Shown here in pieces: positions 23,287 through 30,462 of a DNA stretch of 30,462 nt (the first letter of the stretch is position 1; each line of letters opens with the position of its first letter). Origin of the DNA: a virus (lineage: Duplodnaviria > Caudoviricetes). The position numbers and the translations under genes were made by a program. The stretch lies in IMG/VR virus record IMGVR_UViG_3300033076_000779, positions 1-30,462 of that record, one strand, 5' to 3'. The notes below the pieces were generated by a model. It did not search any database. It saw only the letters and a program-made list of their open reading frames with translations, and was not told the DNA's origin.

Positions 23287-24812
23287 TGCAGAAGCCGATA
23301 TACACACCCGGCGAAGAGCAGGCTCTGATGACGCGGCTGTGGGGGCCGCAGATCAAGGACGACCCCGAGGCGTTTGTGTTGCTGGCGTTTCCGTGGGGGC
23401 AGGCGAATACGCCGCTGGAGCGGTTTGACGGCCCGAGGAAGTGGCAGCGGCGGGTGCTGCGGATGCTCAGGGATCACATCGCGGCGAACCGTGGGCAGGT
23501 GGAAATGGACACCCTGCGGGCAGCGGTTTCCAGCGGCCGTGGTATCGGTAAATCGGCGCTGGTGAGCTGGCTGATTCTGTGGATGCTCACGACGCGAATT
23601 GGCAGCACGGTGATGGTTTCCGCGAACAGCGAAGCGCAGCTCAGAGGCGTGACGTGGGGCGAGTTGACGAAGTGGGCCGCGATGGCAATTAACTCGCACT
23701 GGTGGGAAATCAGTGCGACGAAGCTCGTGCCGGCGCAGTGGCTGACGCAGATTGTCGAGCGGGATTTGAAGAAAGGCACCCGTTACTGGGCGGCCGAGGG
23801 CCGGCTTTGGAGTGAGGAAAACCCGGATGCGTATGCCGGCACTCACAACATGGACGGGATGATGCTGATATTCGACGAGGCGTCGGGTATTGCGGATGCG
23901 ATTTGGCCTGTCGGCGCGGGGTTTTTCACGGAGAACATTCTCGACAGGTATTGGTTTGCGTTCAGTAACCCGCGAAAGAACACCGGGTATTTCTTTGAGT
24001 GTTTTCACGGCAAGCGCGATTTCTGGAAGACGATGCAGATTGACGCGCGCACCGTGGAAGGTACGGACCCGCGGGTGTATCAGCAGATCATTGACGAATA
24101 CGGCGAGGATTCGCCGCAGGCGCGGGTGGAGGTGTACGGCGAGTTCCCGGCGCAGGGCGAAGACCAGTTCATCGCGCCGCGCTTGGTGGAGGACGCCGAG
24201 AAGCGCCCAGCCTGGAAAGACCCGAGCGCGCCGATTGTGCTGGGCGTGGACCCCGCCCGCAGCGGCGCGGACAGCACCGTGATCGTGGCGCGTCAGGGGC
24301 GCGACCTGCTGGCCATCAGGCGGTATCGGGGCGACGATACGATGACGGTGGTCGGGCACGTCATCGAGGCCATTGAGGATTTCCAGCCTGCGCTGACGGT
24401 GATCGACGAGGGCGGACTCGGGTACGGGATTCTGGACCGTCTGGTGGAACAGCGGTACAAGGTCAGGGGCGTAAATTTTGGCTGGAAGGCCAAGAGCAGC
24501 GTCATGTGGGGGAACAAGCGGGCCGAATTGTGGGGTACGATGCGCGAGTGGTTGAAAACGGCGTCGATTCCGAAGGACCGGCAGTTGAAAACCGACCTGA
24601 CGGGGCCGAAAGTCAAGCCTGACAGCAGCGGCACCGTGTACTTGGAGTCCAAGAAGGACATGAAAGCGCGCGGCCTGGCGTCGCCAGACGCGGCGGATGC
24701 GTTGGCGTGTACTTTTGCGTTCCCGCTGGCCCACAGAGAGTACAATCCCAAGCCAGAGCGGCGCTTGATGAGCGAGCGCGGCTCCGTTTCGGTGGGTTGG
24801 ATGGCACACTGA
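23286..24812 (+). CDS. terL: Terminase large subunit
   Basis: Walker A 'SGRGIGKS', Walker B 'LIFDEA', motif III 'FSNP', RNase H 'GVDPARSGAD' and C-terminal 'SPDAADAL'. Confidence 0.93.
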   Translation: MQKPIYTPGEEQALMTRLWGPQIKDDPEAFVLLAFPWGQANTPLERFDGPRKWQRRVLRMLRDHIAANRGQVEMDTLRAAVSSGRGIGKSALVSWLILWMLTTRIGSTVMVSANSEAQLRGVTWGELTKWAAMAINSHWWEISATKLVPAQWLTQIVERDLKKGTRYWAAEGRLWSEENPDAYAGTHNMDGMMLIFDEASGIADAIWPVGAGFFTENILDRYWFAFSNPRKNTGYFFECFHGKRDFWKTMQIDARTVEGTDPRVYQQIIDEYGEDSPQARVEVYGEFPAQGEDQFIAPRLVEDAEKRPAWKDPSAPIVLGVDPARSGADSTVIVARQGRDLLAIRRYRGDDTMTVVGHVIEAIEDFQPALTVIDEGGLGYGILDRLVEQRYKVRGVNFGWKAKSSVMWGNKRAELWGTMREWLKTASIPKDRQLKTDLTGPKVKPDSSGTVYLESKKDMKARGLASPDAADALACTFAFPLAHREYNPKPERRLMSERGSVSVGWMAH

Positions 24813-25069
24813 TGGCTAAAAAATCCGTATCGCTGAGTGTTGGTCGAGGCGAAAAGCTGCCCGTCTCGCAGGGCGCCGGCCTGACGGCCAAGGGCCGCGA
24901 GAAGTACAACCGCGAAACGGGGTCGAACCTGAAGGCGCCGGCACCGAATCCGAAGACTGAGGCGGATAAGGGGCGGAAGGCCAGTTTCTGCGCCCGTATG
25001 GGTGGCGTGGCCGCGAAAGCCAAGGATGGCGAGCGCGCCAAAGCCGCCCTGAAACGCTGGAAGTGCTAA
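24812..25069 (+). CDS. Small basic protein (DUF6321-like)
   Basis: TGATG coupling to terL; 'GAGLTAKGR..YN..TGSNLKAP...RKASFCARM...AL.RWKC'. Confidence 0.7.
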   Translation: MAKKSVSLSVGRGEKLPVSQGAGLTAKGREKYNRETGSNLKAPAPNPKTEADKGRKASFCARMGGVAAKAKDGERAKAALKRWKC

Positions 25070-25071
25070 AA

Positions 25072-25230
25072 ATGGCCACGAAACCCGGTCTTTACGCTGC
25101 AATCCACGCCAAACGCGAGCGCATTGCCGCCGGCAGCGGTGAGAAAATGCGCAAGCCAGGCTCTCCGGGCGCCCCTACCGCCAAGGCGTTCCGCGAGTCG
25201 GCCAAAACGGCCAAACCGAAGGAGAAATGA
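25072..25230 (+). CDS. Small basic protein (52 aa, MATKPGLYAAIHAKRERI...)
   Basis: Read manually; fills the gap between neighbours; Lys/Arg-rich. Confidence 0.7.
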   Translation: MATKPGLYAAIHAKRERIAAGSGEKMRKPGSPGAPTAKAFRESAKTAKPKEK

Positions 25231-25231
25231 C

Positions 25232-25378
25232 GTGCCGCTGGTCAAATCGTCGTCCAAAGAAGCGTTCCGCAAAAACGTGAAGGCCGAAATGGCTGCCGGC
25301 AAGCCCCAGAGGCAGGCGGTGGCTATTGCGTACAGCGTCAAGCGCGAAGCGCAGCGGCCGGCGCCGAAGAAGAAATAA
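25232..25378 (+). CDS. Small basic protein (48 aa, MPLVKSSSKEAFRKNVKAEM...QAVAIAY)
   Basis: RBS AAGGAG plus GTG; 'GKP..QAVAIAY' motif. Confidence 0.7.
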   Translation: MPLVKSSSKEAFRKNVKAEMAAGKPQRQAVAIAYSVKREAQRPAPKKK

Positions 25379-25393
25379 CCTGCGGACACCCTG

Positions 25394-27562
25394 ATGGCCA
25401 AGTACTCGCCCGAAACCGGCATGGACGCCGCAAAAACCGTCGCCAGCGGCGCGTCGGACGAATCGGCATTCCTGACGGAGATGCGCCACCGCATGAAGAT
25501 GGCGCAAGCGGCGTTTTCCAACACCCGTCAGAACGAACTGGACGACTTAAAGTTTTATGCCGGCAGTTCGGACAATTCGTGGCAGTGGCCGCAGGACGTG
25601 CTGGCTACCCGCGGCAGCGTGCAGGGCCAAACGATCAACGCCAGGCCGTGCCTGACGATCAACAAGTTGCCGCAGCACGTTCGCAGCGTCACCAATGACC
25701 AGCGGCAGAACCGCCCGAGCGGCAAAGTTATTCCCGCCGACGACCGCGCCGACCCGCAAGTGGCCGAAATTTATGACGGCATGGTGCGGCACATTGAGTA
25801 CATGTCCGACGCGGACGTGGCCTACGACACGGCTTGCGAGAATCAGGTGACGTTTGGCGAGGGGTACATTCGCATCCTGACGGAGTACACCGACCCAAAC
25901 TCGTTTGATCAGGACATCCGCATCGGGCGCATCCGCAACTCGTTCAGCGTGTACATGGACCCGCTGATGCAAGATCCGTGTGGGTCTGATGCGCGGTGGT
26001 GTTTCATCACGGAAGACCTGACCAAACAGGAATACGAGCGCCTGTACCCCAACGCCGCGCCAGTGTCTACGCTGATGTCGTACAGTGTCGGCGACTCAAC
26101 AGCCGGGTATTGGCTGAACGAGAACATGGTGCGGATTGCGGAGTACTTCTACATCGTCAAGGAGCGCCGCACGCTGCATCTCTATCCTGGCGGCATGACG
26201 GCGTTTGCCGATTCGCCGCAGGCAAAACAGATGGAGATGATGGGCCTGAAGCCCATTCGCTCGCGTGAGGCTGAACAACAGCGCGTGAAGTGGTGCAAGA
26301 CCAACGGATACGAGAAGCTGGAAGAAAACGACTGGGCCGGCAAGTGGATTCCGGTGGTCCGCGTGGTGGGCAACGAGTTTGAAGTGGACGGCGAAGTCCA
26401 CATCTCGGGCCTGGTGCGCAACGCCAAAGACGCCCAGCGCATGTACAACTACTGGGTGTCGCAAGAGGCCGAGATGCTGGCCTTGGCGCCCAAGGCGCCG
26501 TTCATCGGGTACGGCGGGCAGTTTGAGGGCTACGAACACCAGTGGAAGACCGCCAACACGACCAACTGGCCGTATCTGGAGGTCAATCCTGACGCCACGG
26601 ACGGCGCCGGCAACGTGTTCCCGCTGCCGCAGCGCGCGCAGCCGCCGATGGCGCAGCAGGGTCTGATTGCGGCCAAGATGGGCGCGTCCGATGACATCAA
26701 GGCGACGACGGGGCAATACGATTCGTCTCTCGGGCAGACTTCCAACGAACGGTCGGGCCGTGCTATTCTGGCTCGTGAGAGGCAGAGCGATACAGGCACG
26801 TATCACTACGTGGACAATCTGGCGCGTGCAGTACGTTATGTGACGCGCCAGATCGTGGACCTGATTCCGAAGATTTACGACACGCAGCGCATTGCCAGGA
26901 TCATTGGCGTTGACGGCGAAACGCGCATGGCGCGGCTGGACCCGAATCAGCCCGAGCCGGTGCGTGAGGTTAAAGACCAAACCGGCGTGGTGATTGGCAA
27001 GATTTACAACCCCGGCGTCGGCAAGTACGACGTCGTGGTGACCACAGGCCCGTCGTACTTGACCAAGCGTCAGGAGGCGATGGACGCCATGTCGCAGATT
27101 CTGCAGGGCTCGCCGCAACTGTGGGCGGTAGCGGGCGACCTGTTTGTAAAGAACATGGACTGGCCGGGCGCTGAAGAACTGGCGGCACGCTTGCGCAAGA
27201 CCATTGACCCGAAGCTGTTGCAGGATCAGGAAGATCCGGCGTTGCAGGCGGCAAACCAGCAGATTCAGGTGCTGACGCAGGAGTTGCAGGGCATGATGCA
27301 GATGCTGCAGCGCGTCAATCAGTCGATGGAAGCGCAGGAACTGAAGATCAAGGAATACGACGCCGAGACCAAGCGCATCAGCGTCATGCAGGCCGGCATG
27401 CGGCCCGAGCAGATTCAAGAGTTGATCATCCAGACCCTGCGTGATGTTGCCGATGTTGGCAGTCTGGCTGCGGCGCAGCGTCAGTTCATGCCGCCAACGC
27501 CGGCCATGCAGGGTGGCATGCTTGGCGCGCCGATGGCGCAGCCCGAAGGAGTCCCGGTATGA
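25394..27562 (+). CDS. Portal protein, P22-like
   Basis: 722 aa after terL. 'DDLKF...QWP...RPCLTINKL...V.NDQRQNRP', 'GLVRNAKDAQRMYNYW', 'YDV.VTTGPSY.TKRQEA' and a Gln-rich C-terminal barrel helix. Confidence 0.92.
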   Translation: MAKYSPETGMDAAKTVASGASDESAFLTEMRHRMKMAQAAFSNTRQNELDDLKFYAGSSDNSWQWPQDVLATRGSVQGQTINARPCLTINKLPQHVRSVTNDQRQNRPSGKVIPADDRADPQVAEIYDGMVRHIEYMSDADVAYDTACENQVTFGEGYIRILTEYTDPNSFDQDIRIGRIRNSFSVYMDPLMQDPCGSDARWCFITEDLTKQEYERLYPNAAPVSTLMSYSVGDSTAGYWLNENMVRIAEYFYIVKERRTLHLYPGGMTAFADSPQAKQMEMMGLKPIRSREAEQQRVKWCKTNGYEKLEENDWAGKWIPVVRVVGNEFEVDGEVHISGLVRNAKDAQRMYNYWVSQEAEMLALAPKAPFIGYGGQFEGYEHQWKTANTTNWPYLEVNPDATDGAGNVFPLPQRAQPPMAQQGLIAAKMGASDDIKATTGQYDSSLGQTSNERSGRAILARERQSDTGTYHYVDNLARAVRYVTRQIVDLIPKIYDTQRIARIIGVDGETRMARLDPNQPEPVREVKDQTGVVIGKIYNPGVGKYDVVVTTGPSYLTKRQEAMDAMSQILQGSPQLWAVAGDLFVKNMDWPGAEELAARLRKTIDPKLLQDQEDPALQAANQQIQVLTQELQGMMQMLQRVNQSMEAQELKIKEYDAETKRISVMQAGMRPEQIQELIIQTLRDVADVGSLAAAQRQFMPPTPAMQGGMLGAPMAQPEGVPV

Positions 27563-27921
27563 CGTGCGAAGTGTTTGTCGGCCACCTGTTCCTTGCGCGT
27601 GACGTCACGCACTCGGCGCACCTCAACACGCGCTCGTATGCCAAGCACGTCGCTCTGAACGAGTTTTACGACGGCATCATCGACCTAGCGGACAAGTTTG
27701 CCGAGGCTTATCAGGGCCGGCATGGCTTGATTGGCCCGATCACGCTGCAGTCGGCCACCAAGACCAACAGCGTGCTGGAGTTCCTTGAGGACTCGCTAAA
27801 GACGCTGGAAGGCATGCGCTACGAGGTGTGCGACAAGTCCGACACGCCGTTGCAGAACATCATTGACGAGATCGTGGGGCTGTACTTGTCCACACTCTAC
27901 AAACTCAAATTCCTTGCTTAA
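27559..27921 (+). CDS. Ferritin/Dps-like four-helix protein (DUF5856-like)
   Basis: 'H..HLNT.SYAKH.AL..FYD.I..L.D.FAEAYQG' and 'LQNIIDEI......T.YKL' resemble the Dps ferroxidase-centre pattern. Confidence 0.7.
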   Translation: MTCEVFVGHLFLARDVTHSAHLNTRSYAKHVALNEFYDGIIDLADKFAEAYQGRHGLIGPITLQSATKTNSVLEFLEDSLKTLEGMRYEVCDKSDTPLQNIIDEIVGLYLSTLYKLKFLA

Positions 27922-27932
27922 GGAACATCAAC

Positions 27933-28235
27933 ATGGAACTTCTTGCTGTTCTTGACGACGCCCAGTTTACTGCCCGCACCGCGTCCTTTACGGGTACTGC
28001 TGGATCTACGGACCCGTGGCCCGCTGGCCCGCAGGGTGTGGTAGTGTGGACTACCACGGCGGCTTACATTCGCGTAGGATCAGACGTTACGGCCACGACC
28101 GCAGATATGCCAATTCCGGCTAACACTCCAATTCCTTTTGAAGTTCCTGCCGGCACTGGCGCGCCGTGGCGCGTCAGCGCAATTCAAGTGTCGTCTGGCG
28201 GCACCTTGTACGCCAAGCCAATCAACATTCGATAA
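27933..28235 (+). CDS. Hypothetical beta-rich virion protein (100 aa)
   Basis: RBS AAGGA; Thr/Ala/Gly-rich; located in the structural module. Confidence 0.7.
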   Translation: MELLAVLDDAQFTARTASFTGTAGSTDPWPAGPQGVVVWTTTAAYIRVGSDVTATTADMPIPANTPIPFEVPAGTGAPWRVSAIQVSSGGTLYAKPINIR

Positions 28236-28245
28236 CGGGGCTTTT

Positions 28246-28482
28246 ATGCCGTTCTTTGGAGTACCTCTGCGTAACGGCATTCCGCTGGGGTTGGGTTCTG
28301 TTGTCGGCTTTGGTGTTGCCGCGTCAGCTCCGGCGCCTCCCGCAGCAAATTTTGCAGTGCTGCCGTCATCTGGCGCGCCAACTTATACTGTCACAAGAGA
28401 TATATTGAACAGTTCTGGCGCGTCGTTTTCCGTGTCTGGAACTGTTCTGAGCAGCAACGGCACAAGCTACTCTCCAATCTGA
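28246..28482 (+). CDS. Hypothetical virion-associated protein (78 aa)
   Basis: ATG 28246 with GGGG RBS; Ser/Gly/Ala-rich; precedes the fibre gene. Confidence 0.6.
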   Translation: MPFFGVPLRNGIPLGLGSVVGFGVAASAPAPPAANFAVLPSSGAPTYTVTRDILNSSGASFSVSGTVLSSNGTSYSPI

Positions 28483-28491
28483 GGATCTGTC

Positions 28492-30174
28492 ATGGCAGCT
28501 TTTGAAGTCATCGCGCTTGACACCGTAACGCCGCAACTTCGCGCACCGGGGGCGGCGGATACGTACACGTTTCCGCGTGCGGTGTCTATGTCGGGCGCTT
28601 TGACGTATGGCGGCGTGACGCTGAACAACGCGGTAACCGGCACCGGAAACATGGTTTTGTCGGTAAGTCCGACATTTACCACGCCAGTGCTTGGAACTCC
28701 GTCTAGCGGAACGCTTACGAACTGCACGGGGCTTCCGTTGTCCACTGGCGTGACCGGGACGCTGCCGGTTGCAAACGGCGGCACGGGCCAGACCAGCTAC
28801 ACCGATGGTCAGCTCCTAATCGGGAACAGCACAGGCGGCACGCTTGCCAAAGCTACGCTGACGGCTGGCGCAAACGTCACAATTACCAACGGCCCCGGGT
28901 CTATTACTATTGCGGCATCTGCTGGAGGCGGCGGCGGCGCGCTGACGTTCAACAATCAGACCGCAGCCTATACCGTGGTGTCTGGGGATCTGGGGAAGAT
29001 CGTCAATTGCACCAGTGGGACGTTTACCGTATCGCTGACCGCAGCCGCTACGCTCGGGTCCGGTTTCAATTGCTGGATCTGGAATACCGGCACCGGGACG
29101 ATTACGATTGATCCGAGCGGCGCAGAAACAATCGACGGAGTTTCGACGTTAACCCTGCGCCAGGGGGAAGGTTCTCAAATTGTGTGCAATGGCACCAACT
29201 GGGAGACGGGCGACAAAAAAACGATGCGGGCCTACGCCGAAAATATCACATCTGGGAACATTAAGCCCGTAGCATCTGGAGCGTTTTCTGTAGCCATTGG
29301 AAAACAAGCAACATCCAGCGGCAATACTTCACTGGCAATAGGAGACACGTCAACCGCAAGTGGCAATTATTCAACAGCAATCGGATATTTTACAAACGCA
29401 AATTCAGCGTTTTCTTCTGCAATAGGATTAAATTCGTCCGGGAACGGATCTCAATCATTTGGTTCCGGCGCAATGGCCCTCGGCGGCAGCTACTCATCTG
29501 GTACGGATTCGTTCGCGGCGGCGGTTGCGAATAATACAAGCAGCTACGGGGCAAAAGCAGCAAATGCTATAGCTATAGGCAACTCAAATCAATCAACGGC
29601 CAGCACGGCTGTGTCTGTTGGCGACTACAACATTGCAAGCGGAATTTTGTCGCAGTGCTTTGGGGATTATTGCGAAGCAACGGCCACATTGGCATTTGCT
29701 TACGGGTCCCAAGCTAAATCATCGTTGTACGGGAAGTGGTCTTACGCGTCCGCGGCATTTGCCGCCGCAGGCGACGCGCAACTTGGCAATATGGTTTTGC
29801 GTAGGGCGACTACAGGCAACACGCCTACTGCCCTTACGTCAAACAACTCTGCTGCAGATGCAACAAATCAGGTAGCACTCAACAACAATACCGCATTCGC
29901 ATTTACCGGTATCGTAGTGGCGCGCCAACAAGCAGCAGGAGGAACACAATCCGCAGCCTGGAAAGTAGAAGGTCTGATTCGGCGAGAGGGCACTGCAGCA
30001 TCGACGACACTGGTGACGTCGACCGTGACCGCAATTTCCAACGTACCAGGGTGGACACTGGCATTGTCCGCAGATACCACGAATGGCGCGCTTGCAATCA
30101 CCGCAACCGGCGCGCTCGCAACTAACATCCGGTGGGTCGCAACCGTGCAGACATCCGAAGTCATCTACGCATAA
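28492..30174 (+). CDS. Fibre protein with YadA-head-like repeats (tail or head fibre/adhesin)
   Basis: '[11 protein letters not shown]' fibre motif, 'ITIDPSG.ETIDG...L' domain and about 14-aa 'ASG..S.AIG' repeats; RBS GAGG. Confidence 0.75.
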   Translation: MAAFEVIALDTVTPQLRAPGAADTYTFPRAVSMSGALTYGGVTLNNAVTGTGNMVLSVSPTFTTPVLGTPSSGTLTNCTGLPLSTGVTGTLPVANGGTGQTSYTDGQLLIGNSTGGTLAKATLTAGANVTITNGPGSITIAASAGGGGGALTFNNQTAAYTVVSGDLGKIVNCTSGTFTVSLTAAATLGSGFNCWIWNTGTGTITIDPSGAETIDGVSTLTLRQGEGSQIVCNGTNWETGDKKTMRAYAENITSGNIKPVASGAFSVAIGKQATSSGNTSLAIGDTSTASGNYSTAIGYFTNANSAFSSAIGLNSSGNGSQSFGSGAMALGGSYSSGTDSFAAAVANNTSSYGAKAANAIAIGNSNQSTASTAVSVGDYNIASGILSQCFGDYCEATATLAFAYGSQAKSSLYGKWSYASAAFAAAGDAQLGNMVLRRATTGNTPTALTSNNSAADATNQVALNNNTAFAFTGIVVARQQAAGGTQSAAWKVEGLIRREGTAASTTLVTSTVTAISNVPGWTLALSADTTNGALAITATGALATNIRWVATVQTSEVIYA

Positions 30175-30183
30175 GGGACCATC

Positions 30184-30462
30184 ATGGCAATTCAGATCGA
30201 CCTTCAATCCTCGCAGTTTGGCGTACCGTTCGCCGGCGCCTACTTCCGTATCGTCACTGCTGCCGTGTCACGGCAGCGCCAGGGGGTGCATAAGTTCAAC
30301 GCCATGCTTGATGTCGCAGGGTATGGCACCTCGACGCCTGGGGATGACACGCAGCCCGTGGACTTCCGGCGCTATCACGCGCCTCTGGAGGATGTGGAGG
30401 CCCAGCAGGGCGCGACGTTCCTTGACCGCTGCTATGCTTGGGTCATGGCCCAAGATGACATG
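30184..30462 (+). CDS. Putative fibre assembly/chaperone-like protein (3' truncated)
   Basis: RBS AAGGGA; MAIQIDLQSSQFGVPFAGAYFRI... runs off the window; immediately follows the fibre gene. Confidence 0.55.
   Translation, partial: MAIQIDLQSSQFGVPFAGAYFRIVTAAVSRQRQGVHKFNAMLDVAGYGTSTPGDDTQPVDFRRYHAPLEDVEAQQGATFLDRCYAWVMAQDDM

Noticed and set aside
22788-24809. 673-aa ORF antisense to terS/terL
   Set aside because: Shadow ORF expected from high-GC codon bias. No motifs or RBS, and it fully overlaps a clearly recognisable terminase.
26096-27418. 440-aa ORF antisense to the portal (similar shadows at 3068-3985, 5074-6027 and 11749-12798)
   Set aside because: Mirror-frame artefacts of GC-rich genes, with His/Arg/Leu-skewed composition and no recognisable domain.
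28492-30174. Diversity-generating retroelement acting on the fibre gene
   Set aside because: No reverse transcriptase and no template/variable repeat pair seen in the window.
1-30462. Alternative genetic code or stop-codon recoding
   Set aside because: TAA, TAG and TGA all terminate recognisable genes at expected lengths, and coding density is high under the standard bacterial code.

Overview
This window is about 30 kb of a GC-rich, P22-like (podovirus-type) dsDNA phage genome. The host is probably a Gram-negative proteobacterium, possibly a betaproteobacterium (inference only). Left to right it holds: the end of a tail-fibre-like gene; three large DNA-ejection (pilot) protein genes; a six-gene membrane/lysis cluster ending in a GH24 lysozyme; a long leftward, translationally coupled early operon (DUF3310, NrdR-type Zn ribbon, many micro-ORFs, AlpA/Xis HTH, RecT-like annealase, YqaJ exonuclease); a divergent promoter region; a rightward replication operon (wHTH, VRR-NUC, TOPRIM primase-helicase); a second leftward operon (Gp88/DUF7227-like Cys-rich protein, small ORFs, minimal C5 DNA methyltransferase); about 800 bp of repeat-rich non-coding DNA (origin-like and pac-like); and terS, terL, three basic microproteins, a P22-like portal, a ferritin-like protein and a second fibre gene. 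No integrase, CI-type repressor, DNA polymerase, tRNA or CRISPR array was seen. The strongest unannotated signal is a complete small-RNA-like unit at about 19207-19335 (-): promoter, hairpins, an exposed anti-Shine-Dalgarno seed and an intrinsic terminator. Its seed is perfectly complementary to the RBSs of the first genes of its own operon. All protein family calls come from motif recognition by eye, not database searches.
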